From Candidatus Dadabacteria bacterium (GTDB lineage Bacteria; Desulfobacterota_D; UBA1144; Nemesobacterales; CSP1-2), in contig PSLL01000003.1 in NCBI GenBank assembly GCA_040289575.1, positions 36,028-50,804 on the forward strand: DNA of 14,777 nt, written 5' to 3'. Below, in pieces: positions 14,601 to 14,777 of this stretch; position 1 is the stretch's first letter; each line of letters opens with the position of its first letter. A program made the translations under genes and the position numbers. Below the pieces are notes generated by a model. That model saw only the letters and a list, made by a program, of their open reading frames with translations. It had not been told where the DNA came from and did not search any database.

Positions 14601-14777
14601 TCACCCACTCTGTCCCCACACTCTCCTAATTCACGATATTGTCTCACGAAGAGGTTCAATAAACCCGTATGTGTCGAAGTGGGTTACGCCTTCTACAATC
14701 TTAAGCCCTACATCTGCATTTCTCTTCCTGAGAAGTTCTACGGCTTTTACCGTGTATTCAATGGGGAATATCTCATC
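14601..14777 (-). CDS. C-terminus of an alpha/beta-hydrolase (partial), with a probable premature stop near the end
   Basis: The minus strand from 14777 reads DEIFPIEYTVKAVELLRKRNADVGLKIVEGVTHFDTYGFIEPLRETIS*IRRVWGQSG*. Catalytic Asp (DEIFP) and His (GVTHF) have typical spacing. TGA at 14633-14631 sits where Trp is plausible. Confidence 0.7.

Noticed and set aside
278..14633. Stop-codon reassignment (TGA or TAG at expected Trp/Gln positions in the toxin, Uma2, SemiSWEET and hydrolase genes)
   Set aside because: Three of the four genes also have frameshifts. TAG replaces both Trp and Gln. Intact genes end normally in TGA (iota-CA, wbqC, GNAT, mltA) and TAG (ubiD, mqnE). Transition mutations explain it more simply.

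Overview
A 14.8 kb bacterial chromosomal segment that mixes intact genes with many decayed ones. Intact: a secreted MORN2-repeat protein, an iota-class carbonic anhydrase-like protein (COG4875/SgcJ-EcaC/DUF4440), a ubiD-family decarboxylase + mqnE pair of the futalosine menaquinone pathway, a PPOX-class oxidoreductase, an M1 aminopeptidase, WbqC, a YjdJ-like GNAT, MltA and a DVU0772-like protein. Disrupted or fragmentary, mostly missed by the ORF track: a ParE/RelE-like toxin, a Uma2 endonuclease, a TrpB2 C-terminal scrap, a P1B-ATPase actuator scrap, a frameshifted DsbA/FrnE, a SemiSWEET/PQ-loop gene, an O-methyltransferase, an IS200 tnpA and an alpha/beta-hydrolase tail. The most unusual feature is that the iota-CA gene looks like a stranded integron gene cassette. 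It lies between an attI-like simple site (1006-1024) and a degenerate aadA-type attC (1560-1617), with no integrase in the window. A perfect palindrome also overlaps the mltA promoter and start codon. All family assignments come from motif recognition, not database searches.
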